DNA of 64,000 bases from Candidatus Latescibacterota bacterium (lineage in GTDB: Bacteria; Latescibacterota; UBA2968): assembly GCA_965205975.1 (NCBI GenBank), contig OZ242195.1:1248001-1312000 (forward strand), read 5' to 3'. Shown one piece after another: positions 38,597 through 48,189 of the stretch (positions are counted from its first letter, which is position 1; each line of letters begins with the position of its first letter). Below the pieces are notes generated by a model. That model had not been told where the DNA came from. It was given only the letters and a program-made list of their open reading frames with translations, and made no database searches. The translations under genes and the position numbers were made by a program.

Positions 38597-39882
38597 TTGG
38601 GCTGAGTTATCGCACGGCACCTGTTGAAATTCGAGATGGGGTCGCGGTATTGCCCCAAGCTCTGGATGCGGTTCTGCAATACTTTTCCAGCGTGCCCGAA
38701 ATTGTAGAATGTGCGGTTTTATCGACGTGCAATCGCTCGGAAGTCTATTGTATTGCGACGGATATTCACGCTGCTCGCACGGCTGTGATCGCGGGGTGGA
38801 GCGAGCAAAGTGGATTGGACGCCGACGCCCTGGGGCAGTACACGGTTGTCTATCGCGATGCGGAAGCCGTGCGCCACCTTTTCAGAGTCGCCTGCGGTTT
38901 GGATTCTATGGTAATGGGCGAGCCGCAAATTGCCGGTCAGGTGAAAGAGGCTGGGGCTGCTGCACTATCTATGGGAACGAGCAAAGCCGTGCTGAATCGC
39001 TTATTTCGCGCTGCAACCGAGGTTTCAAAGCGGGCGCGCACGGAAACAGAGATTGCAACGGGTGCAGTTTCCGTCAGTTTTGCAGCGGTGGAACTCGCAA
39101 AGAAAATTTTCGGCAATCTCGAAGGGCATACAGCTCTGGTGCTCGGCGCTGGCGAGATGAGCGAATTGACGGCGCGGCACCTCGCCGACAATGGGGTGAA
39201 GTCTTTGCTGGTGACGAGTCGCACGTTAGCGCGGGCACAAGATTTGGCGATGCGCGTGGGTGGTCGCGCCATTTCCTGGGACGATGGAATAGGCAATTTT
39301 CACAGGGCAGATGTTGTTATCAGTTCTACAAGCGCGGAAACTTATGTTCTGGACCGCCCCCATGTGGCAGCGGCGATGCAAAGGCGCAATAATCGCTCAA
39401 TGTTTTTGATCGATATTGCCATGCCACGCGATATCGATCCGGCAGTTGGTGATCTGTACAATGTGTTTTTATACGATCTGGACGATCTGGAGTCTGTTGT
39501 TGGCGCGAATTTGGAGAAGCGGAAAATTGAAGCAGATAAAGTCAGTACAATTATAGAAGAAGAGGCGGAGAACTTCTCTGCATGGATAAATTCCCTATCG
39601 GTTGTTCCTGCAATTGTGGCTCTGCGTGGACATTTTCAATCTTTTATGGATTCGGAACTCGCACAAGCCAAGCTCAGTGAATTTTCAGATGACCAACGCG
39701 CTCAAGTTGCCAATTTGATGCGTCGATTTATGAATAAAGTGCTGCACATACCAGTGACGCGCCTTAGAGAGGCTGGCGAGGAAGAAGATGGCGGGGCTTA
39801 TGTGGCGGCACTTTCATATTTGTTTGATCTGGTAGTTGAGGGAGATCCAGAAAAAGAAATTAAAGAGGTGCGCGGCTCATGA
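38581..39882 (+). CDS. hemA: Glutamyl-tRNA reductase
   Basis: LSTCNRSE, HLFRVACGLDSMVMGEPQIAGQVK, GAGEM, DIAMPRDID. Confidence 0.97.
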   Translation: MSLVVIGLSYRTAPVEIRDGVAVLPQALDAVLQYFSSVPEIVECAVLSTCNRSEVYCIATDIHAARTAVIAGWSEQSGLDADALGQYTVVYRDAEAVRHLFRVACGLDSMVMGEPQIAGQVKEAGAAALSMGTSKAVLNRLFRAATEVSKRARTETEIATGAVSVSFAAVELAKKIFGNLEGHTALVLGAGEMSELTARHLADNGVKSLLVTSRTLARAQDLAMRVGGRAISWDDGIGNFHRADVVISSTSAETYVLDRPHVAAAMQRRNNRSMFLIDIAMPRDIDPAVGDLYNVFLYDLDDLESVVGANLEKRKIEADKVSTIIEEEAENFSAWINSLSVVPAIVALRGHFQSFMDSELAQAKLSEFSDDQRAQVANLMRRFMNKVLHIPVTRLREAGEEEDGGAYVAALSYLFDLVVEGDPEKEIKEVRGS

Positions 39883-40823
39883 AGGTGGTTATTGGTAGTC
39901 GAGGTAGTGCGCTGGCTTTGTGGCAGGCCAATTGGGCAAAGAGAAAACTGGCGAGCGCATATCCCGATCTGAGTATCGAGATTGGGGTGATCAAAACGGA
40001 GGGAGACCGCCTGTCGGAAATGCCTCTGTCTCATATTGGTGGCAAAGAGGTGTGGACAAAGGAAATTGAGCACGCACTGCTGTCGGGCAGTATTGATCTG
40101 GCGGTTCACAGTTTGAAAGATTTGCCGACCAGGTTGCCAGAGGGATTGGTTTTAGGCGCGATAAGTGTACGCGAAGATGTGCGAGATGTGCTGGTCAGCA
40201 AAAATAATCGGGTGTTTTGGGATTTGTCAGAAGGCGCGACGGTTGCAACGAGCAGTTTGCGGAGGCAGGCACAACTGAAACACGCGCGACCGGATTTGAA
40301 TTTTGTGGCGATTCGGGGAAATGTAGATACGCGCGTCAAAAAGCTCGAAACAGAAAACTTGGATGGTATTATTCTGGCCGCAGCGGGTTTGAAACGGTTG
40401 GGGCTGGGAGATCGCATTGCGGATTTTATCGACCCGGATATCTGTTTGCCCGCGCCCGGACAGGCCGCGCTGGGGATAGAAATAAGAGAAGGCGATCAGC
40501 GAATTACAGACCTCGTTGGTGTTTTAAATTGCGTTGAAACGCAACAAGCCGTTACGGCAGAGCGCGCGATGCTGGCGGCATTGGGAGGAGACTGTAGCGT
40601 TCCAATTGGTGGATACGCGGCCGTTGACAAGGCTTCTATTGATGTTCTGTCGCTGTCGGGCGTTGTTGCAACACCAGATGGGCGTCGGGTGATATCGGAG
40701 AGGGGAGAAGGACAGGCATCATCTGCGGAACAGTTGGGAATGCGCGTGGCCAAGGGATTGGTTGAGCAAGGTGCGGGAGTGATTTTGGATCGGGATGGGA
40801 AGGATACTCTTCCGCACCATTGA
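39879..40823 (+). CDS. hemC: Hydroxymethylbilane synthase
   Basis: GSRGSALALWQA, DLAVHSLKDLP, TSSLRR, RGNVDTR, PAPGQ, GGDCSVPIG. Confidence 0.97.
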   Translation: MKVVIGSRGSALALWQANWAKRKLASAYPDLSIEIGVIKTEGDRLSEMPLSHIGGKEVWTKEIEHALLSGSIDLAVHSLKDLPTRLPEGLVLGAISVREDVRDVLVSKNNRVFWDLSEGATVATSSLRRQAQLKHARPDLNFVAIRGNVDTRVKKLETENLDGIILAAAGLKRLGLGDRIADFIDPDICLPAPGQAALGIEIREGDQRITDLVGVLNCVETQQAVTAERAMLAALGGDCSVPIGGYAAVDKASIDVLSLSGVVATPDGRRVISERGEGQASSAEQLGMRVAKGLVEQGAGVILDRDGKDTLPHH

Positions 40824-40869
40824 CGTGAGGCAAGACATCTTATGAGGTTCATAGAGGAGGATTTCTACC

Positions 40870-41196
40870 ATGGCAGAAACGCTTGGAAATCTGGAAAAAC
40901 GTTTAGATCAATTGGAGAAGGCAGTGAAAGATACGAATGTGCAACTCTCATGGGTCGTTGACGAGTTATTGTCCGAAGCCCCTGAGAATTTCAAAACAGG
41001 GGCAGAGGTTATGGCCTATTACAGGAAGGATAAAAAAGAGGGAGCTAAAATTTTTCGTGAAGTGCTTGAAAAGATGGGAATTGCCGATGTAGAACCAATT
41101 CCCATTGAGCAGCTTCAAGCACGTATGGTACGTAACGGTATCCGTCCAGAAGATAACGAGTTTAGTCGTGCTATTATCGCAGAACGCGAGAAATAG
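40870..41196 (+). CDS. Hypothetical protein, probable antitoxin of the downstream PIN gene
   Basis: RBS GAGGAGG; ends GIRPEDNEFSRAIIAERE; 2 bp upstream of a PIN-like ORF. Confidence 0.6.
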   Translation: MAETLGNLEKRLDQLEKAVKDTNVQLSWVVDELLSEAPENFKTGAEVMAYYRKDKKEGAKIFREVLEKMGIADVEPIPIEQLQARMVRNGIRPEDNEFSRAIIAEREK

Positions 41197-41198
41197 GT

Positions 41199-41402
41199 AT
41201 GCATCATTTCTATTTTGATGCCAGTGCTCTTGTCAAGCGTTACACCCAGGAGGGCGATGAACTGGTACTTGTCGCATCTGACCAACGCCTGCTTCGAGCG
41301 GCACAGACTGAAGAGATATTGGTTTTTAATCCTGAAATTGACTCACAAGAGGCTTTAGAAGTTTGGGTTTTCGACACTTCAGGTAGGGACGATGACTGCT
41401 GA
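41199..41402 (+). pseudogene. PIN/VapC toxin with internal in-frame deletion
   Basis: PIN start FYFDASALVKRY joined directly to PIN end LVASDQRLLRAAQ.E...FNPE; 67 aa versus about 130-150 for intact PIN domains. Confidence 0.75.
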
Positions 41403-41527
41403 TTGCTGAGAGCTATTTATGAAAACTGGATGTGTATAGAACTCCTCCGTATGTATCAGCAGATGTAAAATTAAACTAATAGCCGAAGCGGATATCGAGT
41501 CGGCTTCGGCTTCGTATCCAGGAGATC

Positions 41528-41969
41528 TAACAGCAACGAGATCGCTAACCTCTCTCCACTTTTAGGTATGACTAGGCTGGAATATCTGGATCTTGGCAGT
41601 AACTTGATCTCAGATGTATCCGCGCTATCTGGCCTAACCAGTCTAACATATCTGGATCTTTACGACAACTTCATCTTGGATGTGTCTGCACTATCTAAAC
41701 TGACCAACCTGACACAGTTGAGTCTATCCATAAACAGCATCTCGGACATTTCTCCTCTGGTTGCGAATACGGGATTGGGCAGTGGCGATTTGGTTGATGT
41801 GAGGGACAACCCACTGGGTGCCACATCGCTCAACACGCACATTCCAGCCCTTCAGGCAAGAGGCGTTAATGTGCAGTTTGGCGCATTGAAGCCTGGGGTA
41901 GAGGAGAAAGAGCCGCGTATGGAGGGTGTGCTACCAGAGGAAAGAGATTACAATTCTCTCAGGAGGTGA
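41528..41969 (+). pseudogene. C-terminal fragment of an internalin-type leucine-rich-repeat protein
   Basis: 22-aa repeats LxxLxLxxNxIxDVSALSxLT, cap ISPLVANTGLGSGD.VDVRDNPL; begins mid-repeat with no RBS or N-terminus. Confidence 0.75.
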
Positions 41970-42003
41970 GGTGTGCACGCCTATGAGATTGAAAGAATGC
42001 GGT

Positions 42004-42419
42004 TCAGGCGTGCGCGACTTCAAAGGCCGTTATGTTGCGGGTATCTTTGCTGAATTCTACAGCGATCAGGTGGATCGGCAGGTCAAGGCCGCGATATTTG
42101 TCTGCATATCGCTTCTCCTGCAATTGTGCCATTGCCGCGCCTTTAGATGCGATCTCCACCACTTTGAACTCGAAGAGATAGATGTGGTCGTTGAAGTGAA
42201 CGGCCATGTCCAGACGGCCCTGACTACTGCTGTCTTCTACCGTGATATTTAGACCCAGTCCGGCGAAATAGGAATAGAACACGCTGGCGTAGTAGCCTTC
42301 ATAATTGGCGATGTCGTTGTTGGTGTACCACTCGTAGGGGATGCTGGCAAAGAAAGCGTGGAATAGGGTTTCCATGCCAGTAAAGTCATTGGCCTCCAGC
42401 AGACGATACAGGCGCGCGT
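42004..42419 (-). pseudogene. C-terminal PD-(D/E)xK nuclease (DUF1703 type) fragment of an AAA-ATPase-like protein
   Basis: FFASIPY, EGYYASVFY, EDSSSQGRLDM, YLFEFK, QLQEKRYADKY; ATPase domain missing. Confidence 0.8.
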
Positions 42420-42460
42420 GTTGATTTGAATTTGTCCATCGCTTCACATAGGAGAACGCA

Positions 42461-42745
42461 ATGCGTAATCTGCTTCTATCAACGTTATCCACACTCGCAC
42501 TTCTGATACACCCCCTATCTCTTTCAGCACAAAATAGCTTTTCCCTTTCGGTGGATTTGAATAGCGCGGCTGGCGATCAAGCAGTCACATCTTTGAATAC
42601 TGCTCCGGATCAAGTCATCACCATTGAGATATTTGGCAATAACATTCAGAACGCGAATGGGCTTGCTGTGCGTTTTGAATACGACGCCATTCAGGTGACT
42701 TACGATGGCTTATATTTCAGACGCTTCACATTTCTGGTCCGTTGA
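42461..42745 (+). pseudogene. Truncated secreted protein (signal peptide plus start of a cohesin-like beta domain)
   Basis: RBS AGGAG; signal ending LSA-Q; FSLSVDLNSAAGDQ...RFEYD; breaks off into IS256-like sequence. Confidence 0.6.
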
Positions 42746-42769
42746 ATACCTTTTGTATAAGAGAACCCG

Positions 42770-43201
42770 ATGAGGAATCTGATTTTGTCAATTTTATCCA
42801 TACTCGCGCTTTTGATACCCCCGCTGTCTCTTTCCGCGCAGAGCAGTCAATTTGAGACTATAACGCCGAATATACACATTGAATTGCAATTACAATCTCT
42901 TACGCCAGACTTTAATAGCGATGGCGTGGTTGATTTTGCCGACTTTTTGGCGTTTGGAGGTCAGTTTGGGGCACGTCAGGGTGATGGGAGATATGAAGCG
43001 AAATACGATCTGGACAGCGATGGCACGATGGGTTTTGGCGATTTTCTGATCTTTAGCAGCAGCTTTGGCAAAGAAGTGCCTGATAATGGGGGCAATACAA
43101 CGACAGTTACCATTCCAGACGCAAATCTGCGTGCAGCGATTGAGACAGCACTACACAAGGCGAAGGGTGCGCCCTACCCGTGCGAAGATGAAACCATTTG
43201 A
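42770..43201 (+). pseudogene. Truncated secreted protein (paralogous signal peptide, EF-hand/dockerin-like pair, LRR N-cap)
   Basis: DFNSDGVVDFADFL..F and DLDSDGTMGFGDFL..F; IPDANLRAAIE.AL cap; LRRs absent. Confidence 0.65.
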
Positions 43202-43773
43202 GGGTAGGGAGCCAGAAGATGGGGAATACATGTACCGCAGGTAGAAGGTGGATGGTCGTTTACTTCAAAGACGCTGTCTGCCCTGCGAACTTAGAGCCTT
43301 GCAATTCTTGGAATAATTGCACTTGATCTGAATACTTCGTATTGAACGATTTTAAATAGGCGATGTATTTATCCGAATTATGATCACACGCTTCAGACAT
43401 ATCACGAGGCATGACATGATGTTCAATAATTCTTGGATACATCAGTCGGACAGGTCAGTTGGAAAGCGCTGAACGGTTTTGGGGCGGTGGCATGAATCTC
43501 GATCTCACGGATGTCCGCCTGTCGTGGCAAGCCGCACCGCCCGCTGATGCGGCGTCGAAGTTGACATGCGGCGCCGGGCTGATGCAGCAGCCGATGTACG
43601 TGGTTGACCCGCAAGGTCGCGTCGTCCGCACCATAGGCCATTGAAATGCCACTGATACCGAACGCCTGGCAGAGTGGATATCGGCGCGGTGAAGGTTGAC
43701 TGCGAGGGTGCCTGGGCCTGTATGGCAATGATCTGGCGGGTCGTCCACGAGGGTGCTTTGTCGATTGCGCGGT

Positions 43774-43860
43774 TCAGGCGCGTGCGACTTCAAAGGCCGT
43801 GATGTGGCTGTGGATGTGAAGCCCTTCGAACAGCGGCTCGTTGCCCTCAAACAGTTCTTT
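43774..43860 (-). pseudogene. Collapsed remnant of an AAA-ATPase-like/PD-(D/E)xK gene
   Basis: Reads KELFEGNEPLFEGLHIH-SH-ITAFEVARA*; the 3' end is 30/32 identical to 41999-42030. Confidence 0.6.
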
Positions 43861-43990
43861 CGTTGAAAGACCAGCATCTTGCTTCATTGCGCTATCTGTA
43901 TTATCTTGAGATTGCTGAGGGTCGATTTTGATTGCAAAACGCTACGACAGCTGTGGAAGCCTACGGTCAAGACCAGAATATGGACTGTTT

Positions 43991-45487
43991 ATGCCAATTG
44001 GATGTGTATATCTCATAGGTGCCGGGCCGGGTGATCCGGAATTGATAACGGTGAAGGGGTTACGCCTGATTCGGGAAGCAGATGTGATTTTGTATGACGG
44101 GTTGGCGAATCCCGAATTTTTGGAGGAAGCGCGGCGGGGATGCGAGTGTATCAATGTGGAAAAGCGCCCGGGTTTTCAGCGCGTGCAGCAAGATGAGATC
44201 AATCAGATGATGGTCGATTTCGCCCAAAAGGGGTTGATGGTGGTGCGATTAAAGGGGGGGGATCCCATTGTTTTTGGGCGCGGAGGAGAGGAAGCTGAAG
44301 TTCTGAGAGACCACGAGATTCCGTTTGAGATTGTACCGGGTATTACCAGTGCAATAGCAGCACCCGCTTATGCAGGTATTCCCGTGACCCATCGCGGTAT
44401 ATCCCCTCATGTGACGATTGTAACGGGAACAACGGCTTCGCTTGAAGGTGAAGGTGAAGTTGATTGGGAGGGGTTGGCAAAAGTGGGCGGCACACTCCTG
44501 ATTTTGATGGGCACGCAAAAACGCGGAGAAATTGCCCGACGTCTCATCGCGGGGGGACGCTCGCCAGAAACGCCCGTTGCAGCCGTGCAGTGGGGATCTT
44601 TGCCATTGCAACGGACTGTGAGAACGACATTGGGGGAGATGAACGCGGTCGAAATGACCAATCCCGCAGTCATTGTCGTTGGAAAGGTCGCGGGGATGGA
44701 TCTGGATTGGTTTGCGTCTAAACCCTTGTTCGGCAAAACGATTGCCGTGACGCGGGCACGCACACAGGCGAGTGAATTAGTACAGATGCTGCGGACGTTG
44801 GGCGCCCAAGTGCTGGAAGTGCCGACTATTGCATTTTCGGAACCCGAAAATTGGTGTGCTGTCGATGATGCTATTGCGGATATTCATTCTTATGATTGGC
44901 TTGTTTTGACGAGTACAAACGGAACCGATCGATTTTTTGAGCGTCTGTTTAAACAAGACCGCGATGTGCGCGCATTGGGGGAGATAAAAATTGCGACTAT
45001 TGGCGCGGCAACATCGTCACGAGTGCGTAAGCGGCATCTCAATGTAGATCTTGAAGCGACGAATCGCACGTCAGAAGGCTTGCTCGCGGATTTTGGCGCA
45101 GATCTTTCAGGACAGCGCTTTTTGCTACCTCGTCCTGAAGAATCTCGGGATGTGCTTGCCAATGGACTTAGAGATCGGGGTGGTGAGGTTCGTGAAATAG
45201 TTGTTTACAAAACTGTTATGCCCGAGTGCTTGCCCGAAAAATTTTTGCAGCTGCTACAAGAAAATGTCATTGATCTGATCGCGTTTACGAGTTCTTCTAC
45301 GGTTTTAAATCTGGTGAGTCTGTTAAAAAAGACAGGGCAAAACCGGGAATCCTTGCCAGCAGCGTGTATCGGTCCCATCACAGCTCAAACTGCAGTTGCG
45401 CAGGGTTTTGATGTGGTTGTCGAACTCGACGAAACATCGGTATCTATTTCTGGTCTTGTACAAGCGATTGCAGTGTATTTTAGATAA
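43991..45487 (+). CDS. cobA: Fused uroporphyrinogen-III C-methyltransferase / uroporphyrinogen-III synthase (CobA-HemD)
   Basis: VYLIGAGPGDPELIT, RLKGGDPIVFGRGGEE, YAGIPVTHR, then PLFGKTIAVTRA, TSTNG, FTSSSTV, CIGPITA. Confidence 0.95.
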   Translation: MPIGCVYLIGAGPGDPELITVKGLRLIREADVILYDGLANPEFLEEARRGCECINVEKRPGFQRVQQDEINQMMVDFAQKGLMVVRLKGGDPIVFGRGGEEAEVLRDHEIPFEIVPGITSAIAAPAYAGIPVTHRGISPHVTIVTGTTASLEGEGEVDWEGLAKVGGTLLILMGTQKRGEIARRLIAGGRSPETPVAAVQWGSLPLQRTVRTTLGEMNAVEMTNPAVIVVGKVAGMDLDWFASKPLFGKTIAVTRARTQASELVQMLRTLGAQVLEVPTIAFSEPENWCAVDDAIADIHSYDWLVLTSTNGTDRFFERLFKQDRDVRALGEIKIATIGAATSSRVRKRHLNVDLEATNRTSEGLLADFGADLSGQRFLLPRPEESRDVLANGLRDRGGEVREIVVYKTVMPECLPEKFLQLLQENVIDLIAFTSSSTVLNLVSLLKKTGQNRESLPAACIGPITAQTAVAQGFDVVVELDETSVSISGLVQAIAVYFR

Positions 45488-45496
45488 AAATTGCGG

Positions 45497-45525
45497 TTGA
45501 CATATAGGCGGGTAAGCAGTAAATT
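45497..45525 (+). promoter_or_regulatory. sigma70-type promoter
   Basis: TTGACA-17 bp-TAAATT. Confidence 0.6.
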
Positions 45526-45572
45526 TGTATAGATGATAGTGTAAACACTTTCATACAACAGGAGGAATCATT

Positions 45573-46379
45573 ATGAAACGTTTGATTATTGCGACATGTT
45601 TAGGGCTGGGGCTGGTTGGCTCGGCCATTGCTGGACCCCTGACACAGGGTATAGAATTTACGGGCGGTGAAAATAGCCTGGCAAATCTGGTGCTGCAACG
45701 CACGCAAAATATTGTTGCTGAAGATGGCGTTTTGAAGTTGCAGGTCGCTATCAATTACGCGCAGCAATTGAAGGGGTATGGTTTTGTATTGCAATACGAT
45801 CAATCCAAGTATGAGTTTGTCGAAGCGCGCCAGGTTGATCAAAACCTGCTCGATGCGAACAGTGGACAGCCCGCGCTATTTCTCGCGTCTAACAAGACGC
45901 CAGGGCAAGTGGCTGTTGGCGCGATGAAGGTCGATGGCCAGGCTGTGAGTGGCGATGGCGCTCTGGTCGAGTTTACGTTTAAAACCACACAGACGCCTCT
46001 TGCTTCTGATTTTCAGATCCTCGACGGTGTGATGGTTGATTTGGCCGGCGGTATCGATGCGATTACCAATATTGAAATAGGCTCCCTCAAGCCCATGCCC
46101 AAAGATTACGCTCTTGGGCAAAATGTCCCGAATCCTTTTAACCCTTCCACGACAATTGAATATCGGTTGCCCGAAGCTGGTGATGTTCAACTGGTGATTT
46201 ACAATTTGCTCGGACAGGAGGTTCGCACCTTAGTTCGAGAGTCGATGGATGCGGGTTTTCACTCGGTCGTTTGGGATGGCACGGATGAATTTGGCAAGCA
46301 AGTCGCCAGTGGCATTTATATTTATCGCATGTCAGTGGCCGATTTTACCCAGGTTCAACGCATGATGTTGCTGAAGTAA
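45573..46379 (+). CDS. Secreted protein with cohesin-like domain and C-terminal FlgD-Ig/T9SS type A-like sorting domain
   Basis: Signal peptide; LKGYGFVLQYD...VSGDGALVEFTF; YALGQNVPNPFNPSTTIEY...IYNLLGQEVRTL...WDGTD..G..VASGIYIY; RBS AGGAGG. Confidence 0.85.
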   Translation: MKRLIIATCLGLGLVGSAIAGPLTQGIEFTGGENSLANLVLQRTQNIVAEDGVLKLQVAINYAQQLKGYGFVLQYDQSKYEFVEARQVDQNLLDANSGQPALFLASNKTPGQVAVGAMKVDGQAVSGDGALVEFTFKTTQTPLASDFQILDGVMVDLAGGIDAITNIEIGSLKPMPKDYALGQNVPNPFNPSTTIEYRLPEAGDVQLVIYNLLGQEVRTLVRESMDAGFHSVVWDGTDEFGKQVASGIYIYRMSVADFTQVQRMMLLK

Positions 46380-46436
46380 TGGCGCATTCGGAAAGGGTAC
46401 AACTGGGAGGTAAACTCTCAGGTCAGTTCATTTTCG

Positions 46437-46470
46437 AGGCCGCTTCTTTTGAGGCGGCCTTTCTTTTTTT
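46437..46470 (+). terminator. Rho-independent terminator
   Basis: AGGCCGCTTC-TTTT-GAGGCGGCCT followed by a T-run. Confidence 0.75.
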
Positions 46471-46482
46471 GGAGGGAGTATC

Positions 46483-47529
46483 ATGATTCGCGTTGGACTG
46501 GTGGGCTATGGTTTGGGGGGGAAAGTCTTCCACGCACAATTGATTCAGATGGCCCCCGAACTCGAACTCTACGCGGTCTGTTCGCGTTCGTTAGAAAAAC
46601 GTCAGGATGCAGAGGCTGATTTTCCACAGATCGTGACGTATGACACTTTTGACGCGCTATTGGACGATGACAATGTCGATCTCGTTGTGTTGGCGACACC
46701 GCACGACACGCACGCACCGATGGCTATTCAGGCAATGGACGCGGGCAGACATCTCGTAACAGATAAAATTATGTGTTTGAATGAGTCCGAGGCGCTATCA
46801 ATGATTGAAGCGTCTGAGCGCAATCAGGTGCTTTTGAGTGTGTATCAAAATCGGCGATGGGACGGCGATTTTTTGACTTTGCAACATATACTTAGAGAAG
46901 GAATACTGGGCGATATTTATACAATTGAGTCCAATATCACAACTTATGGCGGACCGCATGCCGGATGGCGTGCGTGGAAAAAATACGGAGGAGGGCGCGT
47001 ACTCGATTGGGGAGCGCATCTGGTCGATCAGGCTCTTAGTCTTTACGGTCCGACAGTTGAGACCGTTTTTGCCGATTTGCAATATCGCTATCCCAAGAAC
47101 AAGGCCGATGTTGAGGCTCTATCTCTGATTCATCTAAGATTTGCAAACGGAGTGCGATATTTTATAGAATTGGGCACTGCGTGGATGTATGCCAAGCCGC
47201 GCTATCATGTGCGCGGCGCGCTCGGAAGTTTCAGAAAATACGGCATAGACCCTCAAGAAGCAGCGATGAAGGCGGGAGTCTTTGGCGTACCCGTTCCAGA
47301 AGACCCTGCGCGTTATCAATTGCGCGTTATCAATGAGCGCGGGCAAACCGCAGAGCACCCCGTGTCGCCCATGTTTGGCAGTTATCGCACGTATTACGAT
47401 AATGTGGGCGCGGCCCTTGTACAGGGAGAAGAATTGCTGGTTAACCCGAAGGAATGTTTAGAGGCCATTCGCGTGATTGACGCAATCAGGCTATCGGCAG
47501 AACGAGAAGAGGTTGTCAAGCTGATATAG
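46483..47529 (+). CDS. Gfo/Idh/MocA oxidoreductase (YdgJ/IolW-like)
   Basis: VGLVGYGLGG..FH, ATPHDTH, YQNRRWDGDF, GGGRVLDWGAHLVDQ, KYGIDPQE. Confidence 0.9.
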   Translation: MIRVGLVGYGLGGKVFHAQLIQMAPELELYAVCSRSLEKRQDAEADFPQIVTYDTFDALLDDDNVDLVVLATPHDTHAPMAIQAMDAGRHLVTDKIMCLNESEALSMIEASERNQVLLSVYQNRRWDGDFLTLQHILREGILGDIYTIESNITTYGGPHAGWRAWKKYGGGRVLDWGAHLVDQALSLYGPTVETVFADLQYRYPKNKADVEALSLIHLRFANGVRYFIELGTAWMYAKPRYHVRGALGSFRKYGIDPQEAAMKAGVFGVPVPEDPARYQLRVINERGQTAEHPVSPMFGSYRTYYDNVGAALVQGEELLVNPKECLEAIRVIDAIRLSAEREEVVKLI

Positions 47530-47543
47530 GAAAGGGTAGTTTT

Positions 47544-47699
47544 ATGGTGTGGGGCATTGTATTATTTGTCATTTTTACGGGTTGTTATCTGGGGCAGTGT
47601 GTTTCTTCTGGCCTGGGTGAAAAGCGCGGTTGGTCATTGCAGTGGATCTGTTGGCTGATCACGAGTTTGACAATTTTGATCTGCTATTTCATTGTTTAG
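47544..47699 (+). CDS. Small two-TM membrane protein (51 aa; not in the ORF track)
   Basis: Manual translation MVWGIVLFVIFTGCYLGQCVSSGLGEKRGWSLQWICWLITSLTILICYFIV*; purine-rich RBS; fills the gap between neighbouring genes. Confidence 0.55.
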   Translation: MVWGIVLFVIFTGCYLGQCVSSGLGEKRGWSLQWICWLITSLTILICYFIV

Positions 47700-47709
47700 G
47701 ACCTCCATC

Positions 47710-48189
47710 GTGTTGTTTTGCGAATTAAAACGCCATCTCAACAAACCCGATGAAACGTATATGTGCGATTTGGTCTCCCGTGACACAGATTGGGTTGTCT
47801 TGTCTTATGTGTCAAACCGCGCCTGGGAAGTCGCCGGTGCCCTCTTGCCTGCTGGTTCTCAAACGCTGGCGTTTTACCAAACGGACGTCGCTCATGTTCT
47901 GTGGCGAATGTGTGCCCCTTCAGGTTACCTGAAGGGGCATTTATTTCATATTTGTCGAGATGTGCAGGTGGAAGAACACAAGGTCAGTTATCTGGATCTG
48001 CTTTTGGATATATGGATAGATTCCGATGGTGTTGTCGAGGTTTTAGACCGAGAAGATGTGGATATGTGTTATAGGGAAGGGAAACTGTGTGAAGCCGATC
48101 TGAAATCCATAGCGGCAGAAGAGAAACGGATTGTAGCGCACTGGCCCGGACTGGTGCGCGAGATGGACGCGCTTTTGAGCGACCTATAA
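47710..48189 (+). CDS. DUF402-domain protein
   Basis: SYLDLLLDIWI..DG.VEVLD.ED motif; start codon uncertain. Confidence 0.7.
   Translation: MLFCELKRHLNKPDETYMCDLVSRDTDWVVLSYVSNRAWEVAGALLPAGSQTLAFYQTDVAHVLWRMCAPSGYLKGHLFHICRDVQVEEHKVSYLDLLLDIWIDSDGVVEVLDREDVDMCYREGKLCEADLKSIAAEEKRIVAHWPGLVREMDALLSDL

Noticed and set aside
41481..41511. Hairpin AGCCGAAGC...GCTTCGGCT as terminator or recombination site
   Set aside because: No U-tract and only one copy in the window, so no function can be supported.
40824..43927. Integron cassette array or prophage
   Set aside because: No integrase, no recurring attC-like sites, no phage genes; the pieces are fragments in mixed orientation.
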